A stretch of DNA of 64,000 bases from Patescibacteria group bacterium. GTDB taxonomy: Bacteria; Patescibacteriota; UBA1384; DATEAH01. Position 1 is the first letter of the stretch, and each line of letters starts with the position of its first letter. The translations under genes were made by a program, and so were the position numbers. Under the pieces are notes generated by a model. It searched no databases and had not been told where the DNA came from. It saw only the letters and a program-made list of their open reading frames with translations. The stretch lies in contig DATEAH010000007.1 of the NCBI GenBank assembly GCA_035288465.1, positions 2,090 to 66,089 on the forward strand, read 5' to 3'. Shown here piece by piece: positions 56,365 through 64,000 of this stretch.

Positions 56365-57474
56365 CTATTTATTAATTAATGTGTTTAAAATCTGCCAGCG
56401 ACGTTTCTTCTCGAGGCGTGAAACGTCATCTTTGAGACGAGCCGCGGCAGTGTCAGGTCTGGGTGAATATTGGGAGATGTAAGCCTTGTCAAATTGAGCT
56501 TTTCGACAAAGCAAGGGTGTGTTTTGAAAAGCTTTTTTTGTTTCGCCAGGAAATCCGACAATAATATCGGTGGAGAGTTTCAGACCCGAGATTTGAGACC
56601 TGAGATTTGAGACTAAGTCTAAATATTGTTTTGAAGTATAAGGTCGGTTCATGCGCTTTAAAATCTGATCATCGCCAGATTGGACTGGAAGGTGGATTTG
56701 TTTAGATATTTTAGGCTCGGTGGCAATTAGTTTGATTAATTCAGCCGGAAAATCCCAGGGATTCGGGCTCATAAAAAGAAGCTGAAAATTACCCGGGATC
56801 TTGATTAATTTTTTCAATAATTCCACAAATGGAGTTTTTGTATTTAATAATTTTGAATTTTTTCTTGTCATTTTGATTTTTGATTTTTGATTTTTTAATT
56901 TATAACGATTCACATTTTGCCCAAGGAGCATTATTTTTTTCGCGCCATTTTTGACCGCTTTTTTGACTTCGGCAATAATTTCTTGCTCCGAGCGAGATTT
57001 TTCGCGACCTCGGGTAAAGGGGACAGCACAATAAGAACAGAAGTTGTTACATCCATATATAATAGGAATATAAACTTCATCCTTTTTAGAATATTGAGGG
57101 GTGATTTTGGAATAATTTTTCGGACAAAGCCAGCTTTTTTCCAAGTGGGTGATTTCTTGAATTTTTTTTGCTAGCTTATTAAGATCATTAATTTTAAAAA
57201 TCCAGTCAACTCTAGGGGTAAGTTTTTTAATATCTGCCGGTAGAATGCAGCCGGTAAGGAAAATGAGCGGTTTTGATTTTTTTTGCCAGACTTTAATGCG
57301 GCCAAAGATTCGATCAACCGCGGCTTGGCGGACCGAGCAAGCATTGATAATTACCAAATCAGTCCCGCCAGCTGGCGGGACTGATTTTAGTCCGCTCTTT
57401 TCGCAAACTGTTTTTAGACGCTCGGAATCAGAAATGTTCATTTGACAACCGAGCGTTACAATAAAATATTTCAT
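56365..57474 (-). CDS. MiaB/RimO-family radical-SAM methylthiotransferase with a Lys-rich low-complexity insertion
   Basis: MTTase N-domain KYFIVTLGCQMN; radical SAM CNNFCSYC; TRAM-like C-terminus; internal LKNQKSKIKMTRKNSK insert. Confidence 0.8.
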   Translation of the reverse strand: MKYFIVTLGCQMNISDSERLKTVCEKSGLKSVPPAGGTDLVIINACSVRQAAVDRIFGRIKVWQKKSKPLIFLTGCILPADIKKLTPRVDWIFKINDLNKLAKKIQEITHLEKSWLCPKNYSKITPQYSKKDEVYIPIIYGCNNFCSYCAVPFTRGREKSRSEQEIIAEVKKAVKNGAKKIMLLGQNVNRYKLKNQKSKIKMTRKNSKLLNTKTPFVELLKKLIKIPGNFQLLFMSPNPWDFPAELIKLIATEPKISKQIHLPVQSGDDQILKRMNRPYTSKQYLDLVSNLRSQISGLKLSTDIIVGFPGETKKAFQNTPLLCRKAQFDKAYISQYSPRPDTAAARLKDDVSRLEKKRRWQILNTLINK

Positions 57475-57484
57475 AAATTAAAAA

Positions 57485-58234
57485 TTATCGAGGATTGTTA
57501 TTTTCAGGATTTTCCGGCGCCGGAGTTGGAGTAGCGGGTGTGGCCGTTTTTTCACCCTGTGCTTCTTCGGTACCAGCGGCAACTTCTGTTTCTTCGCCTT
57601 TTTCAGCTTCCGCTTCAACTTCGACTTCTTCAACCTTTTCTTCAACTTTTTCTTCCAATTCAGCTAATTCTTCTTCCGAACGAGGCGGCATCACCATTGC
57701 CACCACTTCATCCGGATTATCTAAAATTGTGATAGTTTCCGGGACTTTCAAATCAGAAACTAAAATACGGTCTTCGAAAGTTTTAAGGCTAGAAATATCA
57801 ATTTTAATTTCGTGAATTAAATCTTGAGGGAATGTTTCAGTTTCCACCGTCGCTTTTTGCAGGATTAAACTGCCTTCCAAGTCTTTCACTGCCGCAGATT
57901 CGCCTTCAGCTGAAATTGGAACATCGGTTTTAATTTTTTCGGTCATTTTCACTTGATATAAATCAGTGTGAATTGCGTCACCTGAAATTGGGTCAATTTG
58001 GACTTCTTGGATTAAAACTTTTTTCGGATTTTCATTTTCAATTTTTAAATCAACCAAAGTGGTTTGGCCAGCTTCCTCAAAGACTTTTTCAAAATCTTTA
58101 TGAGGAATCTGCAAACTTATATTCTTGGTTTTATGGCCATATAAAATAGCCGGAATAAAGCCTGATTTTCTCAAAGCCTGATTTTTTTTGCCGAAAGTGT
58201 TTCGGATTTGCGCGTTTAGTTTTGTCATTTCCAT
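57485..58234 (-). CDS. rplY: 50S ribosomal protein L25 / general stress protein Ctc with acidic C-terminal tail
   Basis: MTKLNAQIRNTFGKKNQALRKSGFIPAILYG; Glu-rich C-terminal extension. Confidence 0.85.
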   Translation of the reverse strand: MEMTKLNAQIRNTFGKKNQALRKSGFIPAILYGHKTKNISLQIPHKDFEKVFEEAGQTTLVDLKIENENPKKVLIQEVQIDPISGDAIHTDLYQVKMTEKIKTDVPISAEGESAAVKDLEGSLILQKATVETETFPQDLIHEIKIDISSLKTFEDRILVSDLKVPETITILDNPDEVVAMVMPPRSEEELAELEEKVEEKVEEVEVEAEAEKGEETEVAAGTEEAQGEKTATPATPTPAPENPENNNPR

Positions 58235-58282
58235 TTTAAATCCTAAATAGGGATAGGTTTATTTAATGTTGTGAAAAATTAT

Positions 58283-58633
58283 TTAAAAGAGATCTGAAAT
58301 TTTGCCGCGATAACGAGTTAAAAATTGATGCATTTGGATGATTTCATCGCTCGAAATTGGGACGCGATTTTGAGATTTTTTAGTTTTAGTAATATCTTGG
58401 CCAATTTTGTTTTGGGTATGGGTAGTTTTGGGCAAATTTGGAAGATTACCCTTAATGGCGATGTTCGCATAAACCGGAGTTTTACAATTAGCACAATTCA
58501 ACTGCAATTGGTAATTTGAGCCAGCTTGGCCCTTAAGGAAAATATTTTCCAGATGAAAAATCTGGTTACATTTTGGACAACGCATCACAATTTGCAAATT
58601 TTTAATTAACTCACGGATTTGTTCAGAATTCAT
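58283..58633 (-). CDS. Hypothetical zinc-ribbon protein
   Basis: CPKCNQ...CANCKT; 116 aa. Confidence 0.5.
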   Translation of the reverse strand: MNSEQIRELIKNLQIVMRCPKCNQIFHLENIFLKGQAGSNYQLQLNCANCKTPVYANIAIKGNLPNLPKTTHTQNKIGQDITKTKKSQNRVPISSDEIIQMHQFLTRYRGKISDLF

Positions 58634-58884
58634 ATGCCTCCTTTATCTCGAGCTTGCTGAGAAATTTACCCCGACTTATCCCGAACTTAGTTGAGGGAGT
58701 ATGCTCGAGGGGTTTGTCCGGTAAAATTACTAGATTTTACATTTATATTCTATCTTTAAAAATTAAAATTGTCAAGATAAAATTGGTAATATTTTGTAGG
58801 CTAGCTTGATTTTGACTTAGTTTTGTGGTATTTTTTAGTTTTAGAACCTTTATAATTTATCCTGAAGCGGAAAGGGTGATCGGC

Positions 58885-59406
58885 ATGGTCGGCGCGGCAA
58901 AAGCCATCTTCATTACGTACAATTCGGTTGGTATTGGTCGTGAAATGTTGGGCAATGGCTGGCACGGCAAAGATGGCGAACATCAAATTTTTATTGCGAG
59001 TACGGAAAGCATCCGAACAAAATCAATTACAAGCGGTAAGGCAATTCGAGAAAAGGACATTGATGGAATACTCGTCCCCCTTGCTGATATTCTTCATCTT
59101 ATGGATGAAAAAATGATTTTTGTGATTTATCTTGGCGGGGAAGGACATGAACATATCTTTTCATATCTTTACCAGATCCCTGCAGAAAGAATAGTTTTCG
59201 TGATGTGCGAATGTGATAGACAAGGAAAGATGCATCAACTAAGAGAACACCGTTTGCTTGGAGCTCGAAGGATTGACAGCGAATGTGGTGGAGAGCTGAC
59301 AATGAAAAAATTAGCTGATCACTTTCTGACTACTGGTCAAATTCCAGAGACAGAAGAAGAATGGGTTGGAGATCCAAATTCGGCAATCGTCTGGCGACGA
59401 AAATGA
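58885..59406 (+). CDS. Hypothetical protein (GC ~46%); start uncertain (58825 or 58885)
   Basis: No recognisable motif; elevated GC relative to neighbouring housekeeping genes. Confidence 0.4.
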   Translation: MVGAAKAIFITYNSVGIGREMLGNGWHGKDGEHQIFIASTESIRTKSITSGKAIREKDIDGILVPLADILHLMDEKMIFVIYLGGEGHEHIFSYLYQIPAERIVFVMCECDRQGKMHQLREHRLLGARRIDSECGGELTMKKLADHFLTTGQIPETEEEWVGDPNSAIVWRRK

Positions 59407-59424
59407 AAAAACAATAAATTAAAC

Positions 59425-59453
59425 TTGACAAATCGTGATAAGTTTGGTATAAT
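59425..59453 (+). promoter_or_regulatory. Consensus sigma70 promoter (TTGACA-17-TATAAT)
   Basis: aaacTTGACAaatcgtgataagtttggTATAATaagg directly upstream of the GC-rich small ORFs. Confidence 0.6.
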
Positions 59454-59534
59454 AAGGACATTCCAGCCTTGATTGTTTTGATTCTGCTCACCTCAGGCTT
59501 TGTGCCTGATAATCTCTGTTTAGGGGGGAACGTT

Positions 59535-59747
59535 ATGTCGTTGAAGTTCTGGGCCATCGTGGCTGCGATCATCTCCTTCGGGCTATATGCCTGCGGGAAG
59601 GTCGAAGCCGGAAATGACGTGGCGTCCACCGGTTGGTGGATAGCCTCGACCATCGGTATGGCGATCGCGTTTTTCCTGGCGATTGCCTGCATGTGGCAGC
59701 CGTTCGAGGACATCCCTGACACCGCCGACGACTTTGAGTCGTACTGA
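59535..59747 (+). CDS. Small hydrophobic 2-TM protein (70 aa) in a ~60% GC segment
   Basis: MSLKFWAIVAAIISFGLYACGK...; codon usage and GC unlike the host. Confidence 0.4.
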   Translation: MSLKFWAIVAAIISFGLYACGKVEAGNDVASTGWWIASTIGMAIAFFLAIACMWQPFEDIPDTADDFESY

Positions 59748-59818
59748 CGATTAGGTTTCGCCCCCAGTTTCACCCCGGTTGCGTTTCAGCACCACAAACC
59801 CCAGGAGGAGTCGATCAG

Positions 59819-59992
59819 ATGGGCAAGAAGCAAACGTCTAAAGGACTCTGTTCCGCGATTGTCGGCTCTGCACCGTGCCAGCGAGCTTTCAAGAGCCACA
59901 CCTGCCCGGCACACCCGAGCCGCAAGAATGACAAGACCTGCCTGGGGATCGCGAAGTTCGCGAAGGGTAGCGGACACCGCAAAAAGCGGTGA
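59819..59992 (+). CDS. Small basic Cys-rich peptide (57 aa), GC-rich
   Basis: RBS AGGAGG 10 nt upstream; MGKKQTSKGLCSAIVGSAPCQRAFKSHTCPAHPSRKNDKTCLGIAKFAKGSGHRKKR; the overlapping alternative-frame ORF 59859-60119 runs through the terminator and is considered spurious. Confidence 0.3.
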   Translation: MGKKQTSKGLCSAIVGSAPCQRAFKSHTCPAHPSRKNDKTCLGIAKFAKGSGHRKKR

Positions 59993-60019
59993 CTACCGCG
60001 CCACACCAACCCGACAGCA

Positions 60020-60098
60020 TTCGTTGTTTACCGGCGAGCAAGAGTGGAAAGGGCTTCACCCCTTTCGCAACCCCCACTCCTTGCCCGCCGGTTTCTTT
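60020..60098 (+). terminator. Long GC-rich stem followed by a T-run
   Basis: ccggcgagcaagagtgg...ccactccttgcccgccgg then TTTCTTTTT. Confidence 0.5.
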
Positions 60099-60159
60099 TT
60101 ATCGCCTCGATGGCGATAATCCCGCACTCCTAGCGTTATAATCGGAAAATCTGCGGGAT
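60099..60159 (+). repeat. Conserved two-hairpin element, copy 4 (P1 TTATCGCC-TCGA-TGGCGATAA, perfect)
   Basis: TATCGCCTCGATGGCGATAATCCCGCACTCCTAGCGTTATAATCGGAAAATCTGCGGGATA; lies between the GC-rich cassette and the uvrB stop codon. Confidence 0.75.
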
Positions 60160-60168
60160 AAAGAGAAC

Positions 60169-62151
60169 TTATTCAAATAGCTTTTTAATCCGCACCTTAG
60201 AACCCTGGGCGGCTTTTTTTAATTCAATAATTTCATCGCGGATTTCGGCGGCTTTTTCAAATTGTAAATTTTTTGAAGCCAATTCCATCTGATTCTGTAA
60301 ATTGACAATCAATCGTTTTAGCTCATCTTTGGGAATTTTATCTAAATTTATCACTTCTTCTTTTGGAGCAATAAATTCTTCACCAATTTCTTTTTGGATT
60401 GATTGAGGTTTTATACCGTGTCTGAGGTTATGTGCAAGTTGAATTTTACGACGACGGCCAGTTTCTGCGATCGCTTCGCGCATAGATTTGGTGGTTTTAT
60501 CCGCATACATTATCACTTGACCCATCTGATGACGGGCAGCACGCCCCATCACCTGAATGAGCGACCAACGGCTGCGCAAAAAACCTTCCTTGCCTGCATC
60601 TAAAATCGCCACCAATGAAACCTCAGGCAGATCCAAACCTTCGCGCAACAAATTAATACCCACCAAAACATCATAAACTCCAAGCCTGAGATCGCGCAAA
60701 ATTTGCGGTCGCTCCAAGGTATCGATTTCATGGTGCAAATAAGCGGTTTTAATGCCTTTTTCAACTAAAAATTCAGTCAGTTCTTCGGCCAATCTTTTAG
60801 TTAAAGTAGTGATCAAAACGCGTTGTTTTGAGGCAATTCTTTTTTTTACCTCAACAATCAAATCACTAATTTGTCCTTGAGTGGGTCGAATTTCAATTTC
60901 CGGGTCGATTAAACCGGTAGGTCTAATAATTTGTTCCACGACCTGGTTTGATTTTTCTAATTCAAACGGACCTGGTGTGGCAGTGGTAAAAATTGTGGTG
61001 CCGAGCCTTTTTTCAAATTCCTCAAAGTTCAAAGGCCGGTTATCCATAGCCGAAGGCAAACGAAAACCAAAATCAACCAAGGTTTGTTTTCGAGCTTTGT
61101 CTTGATTATACATACCACGAATTTGCGGCACGGTCATATGTGATTCATCAATAATTAATAAAAAATCTTTAGGAAAGAAATCCAAAAGCGTAAAAGGTGG
61201 TTTACCCGCTTGGCGTCGGTCAAAATAACGGGAATAATTTTCAATCCCCGAGCAAAAACCAGTTTCTTGAATCATTTCCAGGTCAAAATTAGTTCGAGAT
61301 TCAAGACGGTGCGCTTCGAGAATTTTGTCTTGATTTTTTAACAGCGAAACTTGTTTTTTGAGATCTTGGCGAATTTGGGCGGTGGCTAATTTGGTGACAC
61401 TTTCGTCTGTGATGTAATGGGTAGCCGGAAAAAGATCAATATTATTGAGAGTTGAAATGACCTCGCCAGAAATAGGCGAAAGGGTGAGAATTTTTTCAAG
61501 CCGGTTACCAAAAAATTCCAAACGGATGACTTCTTCACCATAGGCTGGTAAAATTTCCAAAACATCACCTCTGGGTCGGAAACTGCCTCGTACCATCTCA
61601 AAATCATTTCTTCTATATTGGATGGCCACTAATTTTTTAAAGAGTTCAGTCATGGTTTGATTTTGATTTTTCGCTAAGCTAATTTTGGTTTGGTCGTACA
61701 AAACTGGTGAACCTAAACCAAAAATACAAGAAACCGAAGCGACAATAATGACATCTTTCCGAGTTGCCAAGGCTTGGGTAGCAGCATGGCGGAGTCGGTC
61801 AATTTCGTCGTTGATGTTGGTTTCTTTTTCAATATATGTGTCAGTACGCGGTAAATACGCTTCAGGCTGGTAATAATCATAATATGAAACAAAATAATTG
61901 ACTGAGTTTTCCGGGAAAAATTGTCGAAATTCTGAGGTCAGTTGGGCGGCTAAGGTTTTGTTATGGGAAATAATTAAGGTAGGTTTTTGATATTTGGCGA
62001 TCAAATTAGCCATGGCAAAGGTTTTACCAGAACCGGTCACGCCCAAAAGAGTTTGAAATTTATAATTCTTTTTCAGGCCAGAATTTAGTTTTTCAATCGC
62101 TGTAGGTTGATCACCGGTAGGATTAAATGTAGAAACTAATTTGAAATTCAT
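60169..62151 (-). CDS. uvrB: Excinuclease ABC subunit B
   Basis: GVTGSGKT Walker A; beta-hairpin; helicase motifs; C-terminal UVR domain AAEIRDEIIELK. Confidence 0.9.
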   Translation of the reverse strand: MNFKLVSTFNPTGDQPTAIEKLNSGLKKNYKFQTLLGVTGSGKTFAMANLIAKYQKPTLIISHNKTLAAQLTSEFRQFFPENSVNYFVSYYDYYQPEAYLPRTDTYIEKETNINDEIDRLRHAATQALATRKDVIIVASVSCIFGLGSPVLYDQTKISLAKNQNQTMTELFKKLVAIQYRRNDFEMVRGSFRPRGDVLEILPAYGEEVIRLEFFGNRLEKILTLSPISGEVISTLNNIDLFPATHYITDESVTKLATAQIRQDLKKQVSLLKNQDKILEAHRLESRTNFDLEMIQETGFCSGIENYSRYFDRRQAGKPPFTLLDFFPKDFLLIIDESHMTVPQIRGMYNQDKARKQTLVDFGFRLPSAMDNRPLNFEEFEKRLGTTIFTTATPGPFELEKSNQVVEQIIRPTGLIDPEIEIRPTQGQISDLIVEVKKRIASKQRVLITTLTKRLAEELTEFLVEKGIKTAYLHHEIDTLERPQILRDLRLGVYDVLVGINLLREGLDLPEVSLVAILDAGKEGFLRSRWSLIQVMGRAARHQMGQVIMYADKTTKSMREAIAETGRRRKIQLAHNLRHGIKPQSIQKEIGEEFIAPKEEVINLDKIPKDELKRLIVNLQNQMELASKNLQFEKAAEIRDEIIELKKAAQGSKVRIKKLFE

Positions 62152-62295
62152 ATTCCCTTTTTAGTTTTAAGGCTGACTTGCCCCGCATATATGACACCGT
62201 GAGGCGAGAATGGAATTCTCGCGAACTGCGAATATTGTGCGGGGTCGACGGTCGGTAAAAATTTAGAATTTAATTTAAAGCGCATAAAATTCTCA

Positions 62296-62979
62296 TTAAT
62301 TATTTTTTAAGAGATCTGGCCGATTTTTTTTAGTTTTTGAAAGCGACATTTTTTGACGCCATTTTTGAATTTGAGCGTGGTTTCCAGAAAGCAATATTTT
62401 TGGCACCGCCATTTTTTGGTAGATTTCTGGTCGGGTGTATTGAGGATATTCGAGAAGTGAATTTGAGAAAGATTCTTCTTTAAGCGATTCTTCTTTGCCG
62501 ACCACGCCTGGAATTAAGCGTACTACCGCATCGCAAACAACCTGACTAGCTAATTCTCCGCCAGTGAGGACAAAATCACCAACCGAAATTTCCATATCCA
62601 CTAGTTTTCTGATTCTTTCGTCAAAGCCTTCAAAATGGCCACAAATTAAAATTAAATGATCAAATTTAGATAATCTTTGCGCCATTTTTTGATGAAAGGT
62701 TTTCCCTTGCGGTGTCAATAAAATTACCTTTAGCTTTTTACTTTTTACTTTTGATTTTAAGTTTTTCAGGGCTCGATCAACAATATCCACGCGCATCACC
62801 ATACCAGGGCCGCCACCGTATGGGCGATCGTCAACGGTGCGATGTTTGTCTTTGGTGTATTTTCTTAAATCAATCACGTTGATTTTAACAATTTTATTTT
62901 TTTGAGCTCTCAAAATCAGGCTTTGGTCTAAAAAGCCTAAATAAGCCCCAGGGAATAAAGTTAAAATATCAATAATCAT
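62296..62979 (-). CDS. trmD: tRNA (guanine37-N1)-methyltransferase
   Basis: MIIDILTLFPGA...GGGPGMVM SPOUT knot motifs. Confidence 0.9.
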   Translation of the reverse strand: MIIDILTLFPGAYLGFLDQSLILRAQKNKIVKINVIDLRKYTKDKHRTVDDRPYGGGPGMVMRVDIVDRALKNLKSKVKSKKLKVILLTPQGKTFHQKMAQRLSKFDHLILICGHFEGFDERIRKLVDMEISVGDFVLTGGELASQVVCDAVVRLIPGVVGKEESLKEESFSNSLLEYPQYTRPEIYQKMAVPKILLSGNHAQIQKWRQKMSLSKTKKNRPDLLKNN

Positions 62980-63083
62980 TTTTTCCTATAAAAAAGATCG
63001 TAACCTAAAGTCTGTGGTCACGACCTTTTTAATAGCTCCGATTAAGTTCGAAGCTTTTCCCAAATGGGATAGCGTCATCTGTA

Positions 63084-63380
63084 TTATGCTTGAGGTTCTT
63101 CTTCTTTTTTCGCCTCAGTTGAACGTTGTCCGCCAGCAGGTTCAATAATCTTCAAGTTGATTCTGGCGTTATTCTTGGCTCCAAGAACTCTCAAAAGGGT
63201 TCGCAAAGCTTTTGCGGTTTGCCCTTCTTTCCCGATGACTTGACCCATGTCTTCTGGGTTAACAGTCAATTCGATTAAAACACCCATTTCATCGACTGTT
63301 CTTTTAACGGTAACATCATCAGGATGGCTGACGAGAGCTTGAACGACGTATTCAACAAACTCTTGATCTTTTTCTGCCAT
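63084..63380 (-). CDS. khpA: KH-domain RNA-binding protein (KhpA/YlqC-like)
   Basis: VIGKEGQTAKALRTLL GXXG KH motif; position between rpsP and trmD. Confidence 0.8.
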   Translation of the reverse strand: MAEKDQEFVEYVVQALVSHPDDVTVKRTVDEMGVLIELTVNPEDMGQVIGKEGQTAKALRTLLRVLGAKNNARINLKIIEPAGGQRSTEAKKEEEPQA

Positions 63381-63480
63381 TTTTACTCCAAGTTTGATTT
63401 TCTTATATCGGTACGTTCGACCATTTCCCTCTGATTACATATTAATGATAACAAAAATATTTAGCTTCGTCAAGTGTTTT

Positions 63481-64000
63481 TTAGGATTTTGGCTGGTCTG
63501 CCGGCTGTTTGGTTTCGGGCTTTTTTTCTTGGGGATTTTCAGCGGTATCAGCTGGTGATTTTTCGGGTTTATTTTCGGCTAGCGTAGATTCAGGCGTGGT
63601 TTCTTCGGCAGGGGTTTCTTCAGTTTTGGCTTCTTCTTCCTTTAATTCTTCCTCGGCTTGCTCTAAAAGTCCGCCACCTTCAGTTTCGGCTTTTTGCTGT
63701 TGAGGCGTTTCAATCACAGCTGGTTTTTCGGGCTTTTCTTCTTTTTTCTTTTTCTTCTTTTTGGTGACGGTTTTTTTAATAAGTTTAGATTTTTTGAAAA
63801 AGCCAATTTTAACTAATAAATTATTGACTGTGTCAGAAGTCAGGGCGCCATTTTTTAACCAATATTCAAGCCGGTCTTTTTTAATTTCAATTTTTTCCGG
63901 ATTTGAAATTGGATTATAAGTGCCTAAAATTTCAATAAATTTACCTTTGGGGCTGGTGGTTTTGGGGGTGACGACAATTCGATAAAAGGGTTTTTTCTTT
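63481..64000 (-). CDS. rpsP: 30S ribosomal protein S16 with long K/E-rich C-terminal extension (5' end beyond window)
   Basis: Reverse-complement translation of 63718-64000 gives ..KKPFYRIVVTPKTTSPKGKFIEILGTYNP..DRLEYWLKNGALTSDTV..; the track ORF 63481-63717 is its in-frame C-terminal tail. Confidence 0.8.
   Translation of the reverse strand, partial: KKKPFYRIVVTPKTTSPKGKFIEILGTYNPISNPEKIEIKKDRLEYWLKNGALTSDTVNNLLVKIGFFKKSKLIKKTVTKKKKKKKEEKPEKPAVIETPQQQKAETEGGGLLEQAEEELKEEEAKTEETPAEETTPESTLAENKPEKSPADTAENPQEKKPETKQPADQPKS

Noticed and set aside
59859-60119. 86-aa + strand ORF through the GC-rich cassette
   Set aside because: Runs through the predicted terminator and element copy 4, has no RBS, and is Arg/Ser-rich typical of a wrong frame in GC-rich DNA; the RBS-preceded 59819-59992 ORF is preferred, though also low confidence.

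Overview
The window is a low-GC (~38-40%), gene-dense bacterial chromosome segment. Overlapping genes, a compact type IV pilus operon with ComEA, RNase Y, a DUF5679 mini-protein and K/E-tailed ribosomal proteins suggest a Patescibacteria/CPR-like organism; this is inference, not a database hit. Most of the window is housekeeping: dnaX, dnaB, pcrA, recG, uvrB, metG, thrS, mnmA, trmD, rsmA, rsmI, rny, hup, smpB, murI, SUF/ISC genes, rplY and rpsP. It also holds a 10-gene pilM-N-O / minor-pilin / pilC / pilB operon on the minus strand, four complete tRNAs (Glu, Arg, Pro, Val) and one partial tRNA-like 3' end at the window start. No rRNA, CRISPR array, transposase or integrase is visible. Three things are not explained by ordinary annotation. 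First, a ~60-nt two-hairpin element occurs four times, always directly after an intrinsic terminator and always in + orientation; covariation supports a structure, and two copies bracket cassette-like small genes. Second, a ~670-nt noncoding block (47230-47900) is far more GC-rich than its surroundings and full of nested helices and GNRA-type loops; its identity is unknown, possibly a divergent RNase P RNA or another large ncRNA. Third, a ~0.7-kb GC-rich micro-cassette with a textbook sigma70 promoter and two tiny ORFs sits next to element copy 4. Other notable items are a truncated HU-like domain fused to the N-terminus of the PilB ATPase, a SemiSWEET / ThiF-like E1 / LuxI-NAS-like GNAT operon beside a two-component system, a secreted M48 peptidase-CHAP fusion, and a tRNA-Glu 3'-end direct repeat that looks like an integration scar.
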